Source: Psammoneis japonica
Lineage: Eukaryota
Assembly (NCBI GenBank): GCA_008632985.1
Contig: QPGO01000156.1
Coordinates: 124,001 to 174,809 of the forward strand
Length of the DNA: 50,809 nt
Direction: 5' to 3'
A program made the position numbers and the translations under genes. Shown here one piece after another: positions 45,130 through 50,809 of this stretch (positions are counted from its first letter, which is position 1; every line of letters begins with the position of its first letter). A model generated the notes under the pieces. It searched no databases, was not told the origin of the DNA, and worked only from the letters and a program-made list of their open reading frames with translations.

Positions 45130-47900
45130 GGGGTGTTTTGACCAATCAGCGTTCAAGAACATGCCACTGCTTCTGCCAACACGTCCGGCAACATCTTCCA
45201 GAAGTTTGTTGCAATTTTTTTCGCGCATCACGCAAGTTGAAGTTCAAAACGCTGACCACATCATGCGGAGGATGGCATGGAGGGACCGAATCCTTTCGAT
45301 CTATGGCGTGGGTCACTTTCGATGGTGGTTGCACCCAACACCTTGTCCTGAAAGGTCATGAGCTGTTGCTTTGTGCTGTTCTGTTGGACCTCCGCATGCT
45401 GCACTGCATTGTTTGTTTTCCGCGCAGTCGCCATTTGTCCTCAGGACGAGGGGGTGTCAACAGATGTGCTCTCCAGCCCAAAGCGGGGCTCTGTGTGACA
45501 TGGGCCCAAAACCTTCTGCACATGAGCTCCACAGTTTGCACTTTGGGTGATGAACACATTTGTCTGCAGCACCCAAACAAGTGCCCCGAAGTTTGTGTGG
45601 CACAGCTGAGCATCTCTCAATGTGCTCAAAGCCGTTTGGAAAATCGTGGTGCGCGCACACAAAAATCTCAGAAGTTGCTGATTGGACAGCCCAATGACTG
45701 CACTGCAAAACAACACAAAGTGGCACCAAAATTGATCAGAAATGTGCACATGGGACGTGCGGCACATGAAAAAAATCTGAGTCATCACAGCCGAGGAGCA
45801 GCACGAGGTCCCGCCCACCAGAGCTTGAGAGCGCATCTCAACAAGAGCAAGATGCTGGCTCTGGTGCCACTGACATGGTGCTTTTGTGGGAAAACAGGAA
45901 ATTCTTCATTTTTGTGTCGTTGCAAATTTTCCAACTGCCATTTTTGTCATGCTGCTCACCATCATGAGAGAGGGCCTGAAATGATCATGAGTCAGGAGCA
46001 ATGAGGTTGGAAAGGTCTGCAAAAAGAGAATTGTCAAAAAGGTCCTGGAGCTGGTGAGCAAAATTGCACACATGTGGATGTCAGGTGATGGTCCTTGTGT
46101 GGCAGGTTGTTGTTTTTGAGTTGATTGACTGTGGAAACCATCTCAAGGGGGGCTCACTTTTGGGCTTTGCAACACAAAGGTCCAAGAAGAGGGAGTCTGT
46201 TAGCTGGCAGACACATCTGGGACACCAACAATCCAGGTGTTGCACCTGCAATCAAGGTTCGAAAAAGGAGCAATGTGCAGGATGACATGAGGAGAAGGAT
46301 GAAAGGTGAGCAAGAGAGTGCGTGCATTCAATGGTCATGGACAGGAGTGTCTGACAATTTAAGTGTGATCTCCATTGTTTTTGTCAACACAGCTGCTGCT
46401 TTGGAGGGGCACTGGTTGAGCATGAAGATTTGGCCAAGGGCAGAGCAGACAAAGACACACAAGCATGGTTCTTGGAAACTGCAGTGCCAACTGTGGTGGG
46501 CAAAGCACACAGCTTGGTAGAAGCACAACCAATTTGCTCCAAGAGTGGCTTGCCATTTCATTGGAGACCTTTGCTCTGCTGGTGCACTTAAACTGCTGTG
46601 ACAAGGTGGTCAACATGGCAGAAAAATTGGAAAATGACAATGACATTGCAAGGCAAAGAAAGCTGATGGCAGAGGATGCTGCACCTGCTGCAAAGTGTGC
46701 TGAAACAGCCAAGGGGGAAATGGCTAAAAGGAACCAAGGATGGAGCAAGGAAGGGATCAAAAAGCACAATGAGCTGCACAAGTGGGTGACAAAAGACTGG
46801 GAGGAGAACAAAGGATTTGGCACATGGTTGAGGAATGGAAGCAAGAGAAGGGAGGAGGATGGATGGGCAGTGTTGATGGGAGAGGACCTGCCCTTGCAGC
46901 CAGTGGCTGCCAGCAATGGCACAGAAGCAATTGCAGCAGTGGAAACAAACCAAGCTGGTGTGTGAACATGAGTTGCAGCAAACAACAACATCCAGAAAAC
47001 AGCAAAAACAAAGAGGCAAACTGCAAGGCAATTAAAAGTCCAAGTTGAGAAACAATGGCAGTCACAACATTTGCTTTTAAAGTGCAACAACGCAAAGACA
47101 AAAAATGTGGAAGGGGATGATGCAGGCAAGGATGGTGGATTGTAAGTGGCAAGAGTGGCAATGAAGGAACAACAAACAGCAAATGTTGAAAAGAGTTGAG
47201 AGCAAAATTGTGGGCAAGAATGTGTGCACTTCAAAGCAGGGTGTTGCTTAGAATCAAGAAGCTCACAAACTCAATTGTTTTTGAACCAACATTCAAAGGA
47301 AAACTTGGCTCACAAGTTCACAAATGTGTGGGATTGACATCAAAAAATGGTCAGATTATGACAGGCGGTCAGACCCAGATTGTTGGGGGCATCCCAGATG
47401 CAACAGCTGACCCAATGAAAACTCTTCTTGCACAGCTTGAAGATGATCATTGGCAATCTGATTGAGGTGCCCTTGGAGCAACAGAGATGCAACATGCAGA
47501 CCATGGATGTGGCTTCACTGTTGTGCACTTTGGGAACAACAAGATTGCACTTTGGGGACAACTTGGTCCTCATCAGCAGCAAGAGTTGCAACTCAACCCA
47601 AGCCAAAAAAACAACCACACAGTTGATGTCGGTGATGAACCCATTGGGAAAGTCAGGCAACTCCCCAACAACAAATGATGCAGATGGGCTGAGTCATCAT
47701 TGTTTGGAAAAACAAACTCTGAAGCACCATCAGTGAGTGGCATGAGAGCATTGTCAAAGAAGAAATGATGCAACTCTCATGCTTGCAGCAAAGGACAATT
47801 GGCTCTCAATGGCCAGTGATTGTGTTGAGCAAAAACTTGTGGGGCAGCTGCAACATTCACAAAAAAACTCCTGTTTCAACCATTTCAACAGGGGAAGTGC
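45130..47900. other. Hypermutated TE-like sequence
   Basis: TA-depleted, and CG is also lost after ~45900. Relic ORF at 46465-46965 (ETFALLV..GWSKEGIKKHNELHKWV); family not assigned. Confidence 0.5.
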
Positions 47901-49480
47901 AGTCAATTTGAACTTTTGTCACTTCTTCCTGTGTTGCATCTCTTTGCTGTTGTCATTTGGCTCTTTATCTCCCAAAAATGCCAATTAAGAAATGGCCAAT
48001 TTGTGTGGCAAGTGCAGTCAGAGGTGGGGCTGGAAACTGGCTGCATTTGCCGCAAAGAATGGGTGCTCATTTGTGAGAATGCTGATGGTGCCATTGGCCA
48101 TGTCAGAGTGGTGTGGCATGCATGTGTCAGAGTGGACAGAGGTGGAGGTGAACACAGTCAGCCAAGCCTGCTGCCATTGCCAGGCCAGTGGCTGTTGCAG
48201 TCAAAGCAGCAAAACCCATGGCACACGTGCAGTTCACAGGAATGTGACAGTTGCATGGTGCAGTTTTTGTGCTGTGACACATGATGCTGCAGCTGCCAAA
48301 CAAGAAATCAAAAGATTTGCTGGACAGCTGCACCACATCAAAATGCACAGGCATCTCAGCCATCTTTGTGGGCAATTTTTTGCAATTGCTGCCAACCCAA
48401 GGGGGCATCCTCTGCTGTTCATTTGCAAAGACTTGTGCAAGAACAATGTCAAAATGGTTGAGTTGGGTCAAAATGGTGATCCAGCATGGGGCAAGATTCT
48501 GCCATGATTTGGAACAATTCAAGGGCTGGCTGGAGATGACATCAAGGAAGTCAACAACAAGAGAGTGGTTGCTTCTTGTCAAGGTGACAGGTGATGCCAC
48601 TGGGCCAAAGGAAAGCAACATTGCCAGTGGTGCAACCTGTTGCCATCATCACCAATCTTTGTCAAAGTGCTCTCAACAATGGCATTTTCAAGAAGGTGCC
48701 AATGGAAGTGCAGCACTCAAAATCTCTTGCACAGCCACCTCCAAATCATGCACCAATTGTGATCCACAGAAGCAGCCTCTCAAGTGTAAAAAAGCTGCAC
48801 CCCAGGCAGGAGCAAGTGTGGGGTGTCAAGACAAGCTGTTCAAGGACATCATGCTTGCAGCCCATCCAGACGCTCATGTCAAGCAGACTGGGAGTGATGA
48901 GTTGGGGTGAATTGCCCACTTCTCAAGCTCTGCCATGGCCCCTGCCCTCTGACAATGAGCCTCAACCCCAATGAGGGTGTGGAGAACAAGGAAGCCAGCA
49001 GTGCTGTTGGCTTTTTTGAGGGAGTTGAGTTGAAAGAGAAAGGTGCTTCTTTGGATGATGTGGAGTTGAGGAGGACCAGTGGTTGTTGGGTGAGGCTGGT
49101 CTGTGTTTTCACAAGCTGAGCCTCTGTTGTCTTGATTTTCCCATGTGACTCCATGGAACAAAGAAACATGTGTTGCTCACTTTCCTGTCCCTTTGATGGG
49201 CAATGTTGACAGAAAAACACCAAGAATCAGCCAGAGGATGCAGATGACCCAGTTCCCAGTTCTGCAAAAGAGTGCAACAACTGCACACAAGCTTGGGGGG
49301 GCCAACAATTGACAATTGAAAAGACCTGGTTGCATCAGCATGTTTTGACTGTAGAGACAAGAACTGGGTTTGCATGGCTCTGTCTAGAGCCACAACAAGA
49401 AGGGGGCTTCATTTGAGCAAGAAGCTTGATGACAGGAAAATGAGGGGCATGTTGCTGGCATTGAATTAGCCCCTTTGTCA
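47900..49480 (+). mobile_element. Degenerate Helitron-like PIF1 helicase relic
   Basis: GISAIFVGNFLQLLP (~48350-48394, cf. motif III GDFxQLPP) and NWVCMALSRATTRRGL (49362-49409, cf. motif VI YVALSRV...GL). Confidence 0.7.
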
Positions 49481-49899
49481 TTTTTTAGGCTGAGAAAGTT
49501 CTCAGGTCCCTGCTGCAGATGACTGCACAAGACAGTGCACTCAAAGATTGTCATTGTCAGAAGACATCAATTTTTAATGGCACAGCAGAAATCTGGGCTT
49601 ACACCACACAATTGCTCTTGTTGCTTGTCAGGCTTGAAAACAAGGGGGTTGAGTTTGTTCACTGTTTTGTGCAAGCCAAAAAGCACAAATTCTAAAAACA
49701 CATCAAGTAAAAAAAACAGATCACCTGGCATGCAGATTCTCAACAAAAAAGGGGCAATGCATTGCACATGTGTCAAGGTGAACAATCAAAAGACAAAGAC
49801 AAATGGTGCACATTTGTTCAATGTCAATGACCTCACAACAAAGAAATGGCAAGTCAACTGGCAACAAGTCAATCATTTTCCAAACAAAAAATGAGCAAG

Positions 49900-50750
49900 G
49901 CAACTCCAAATTTGGGGCATTTCATGTTTGTGCATGAATCAATTTATGTTCAGTCCTGTGGCCTTCAAAAGTCATTGCACTCTGTTTTGCAAAATGCAGT
50001 TTCACACCTGATTTCAACACAAGAGCAACTGGTTTTCCTGTCCAATTGCATGGAGAACCATCAAAAAGAGGTTTGAATCTTGGGAGAAAGTTCAGTTGCT
50101 TCTGCTCCTCTGGGGTTGAATGAGTCACTGCAGCTGTCACATCTTTGAGGTTGGCAGCATGACAGCTGGAGTCAAGGATCTTGTTGATCCTGTGTCATCA
50201 AGACCATTCATGGCACATGAGATTCCCCAGTGTGATTGGCTGTTGGCATGAACACCTCAGCATTGAAGAGTGCATCAGCATTCTTCATTGGTGTGGTCAC
50301 AACTTCCCATTTGATTTCTTCATTCACAAAATCAAGTGTGAGTCCAAGACTGCTCATTGGGTCACATCCCATGATCATGTTGCTCGCAGTGACTCAAAAA
50401 AGCAACAGTGCTGTCCACACACACTGTCTTCTCAATCAACTTGTTTTCATCAAATTTGGGCAATGAGAAGTGCACTGCACATTGACTGTCAGCTGTGAAG
50501 AGTCCACCCTTGGTCTCCCAAGTTTGGGTGGTGGATTTCTTTGTTCTCAACTTCCTCATGAATCTGCGTGAAATTGTGGTTGACAATGTTCTGCTGTTGA
50601 GCAGAACACATGAAGGCTTGTTTTCTCTTTTCCAAGAGAAGCGTTCATGTGAGTGATGACTTCTGGACTGGCGTGTGTCACTTTGACCCTTTTTGGGGGT
50701 TTCTCAATGTCCAGCAATGCACAAGACTGCTTGACAGGAGCCAGTCATTC
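49900..50750 (-). mobile_element. Degenerate Ty3/Gypsy protease and pre-RT relic
   Basis: Minus strand CNMIMGCDPMSSLGLTLDF..EIKWE..TPMK (~50384-50290, cf. YDMIIGRDLM..LG..LDF) and LFDGS..WTGKPV.L.LK.G.K. Confidence 0.65.
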
Positions 50751-50809
50751 TGACAGAAATTGAAGGCAAATGGCAAGAATTCAAACAACAACTCCTTGCT
50801 GCTGTCTAA
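50751..50809 (-). repeat. Third copy of the 276-bp LTR family, cut by the window end
   Basis: Identical to 20532..20590 over 59 bp, with a different flank. Confidence 0.92.

Overview
Eukaryotic nuclear DNA, most likely a pennate diatom (inferred from short GT-AG introns, a CoDi/Copia-like element and diatom-type gene families). Gene islands of normal composition contain two intact tandem-domain fucosyltransferase-like genes, ankyrin-repeat, RING/TRAF-finger, AlkB, GPCR-like, UBL-WD40, CAND1, CAP and WRKY19-like genes. They alternate with sharply bounded blocks of transposons and duplicated-gene pseudogenes: a 4.0-kb non-autonomous LTR element with a 42-bp array, a CRE-like LINE, and Helitron and Gypsy relics. 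Main discovery: these repeat blocks carry a directional, context-specific TpA->TpG/CpA (A:T->G:C) hypermutation, which appears to act faster than the familiar CpG->TpG/CpA decay. It is visible between the two LTRs of one element, among units of a tandem array, between genes and their pseudogene copies, and as Tyr->Cys/His changes in catalytic motifs. It resembles a RIP-like genome-defence process acting on A:T pairs instead of C:G. All alignments were done by eye. The mechanism is hypothetical and novelty needs a literature check.
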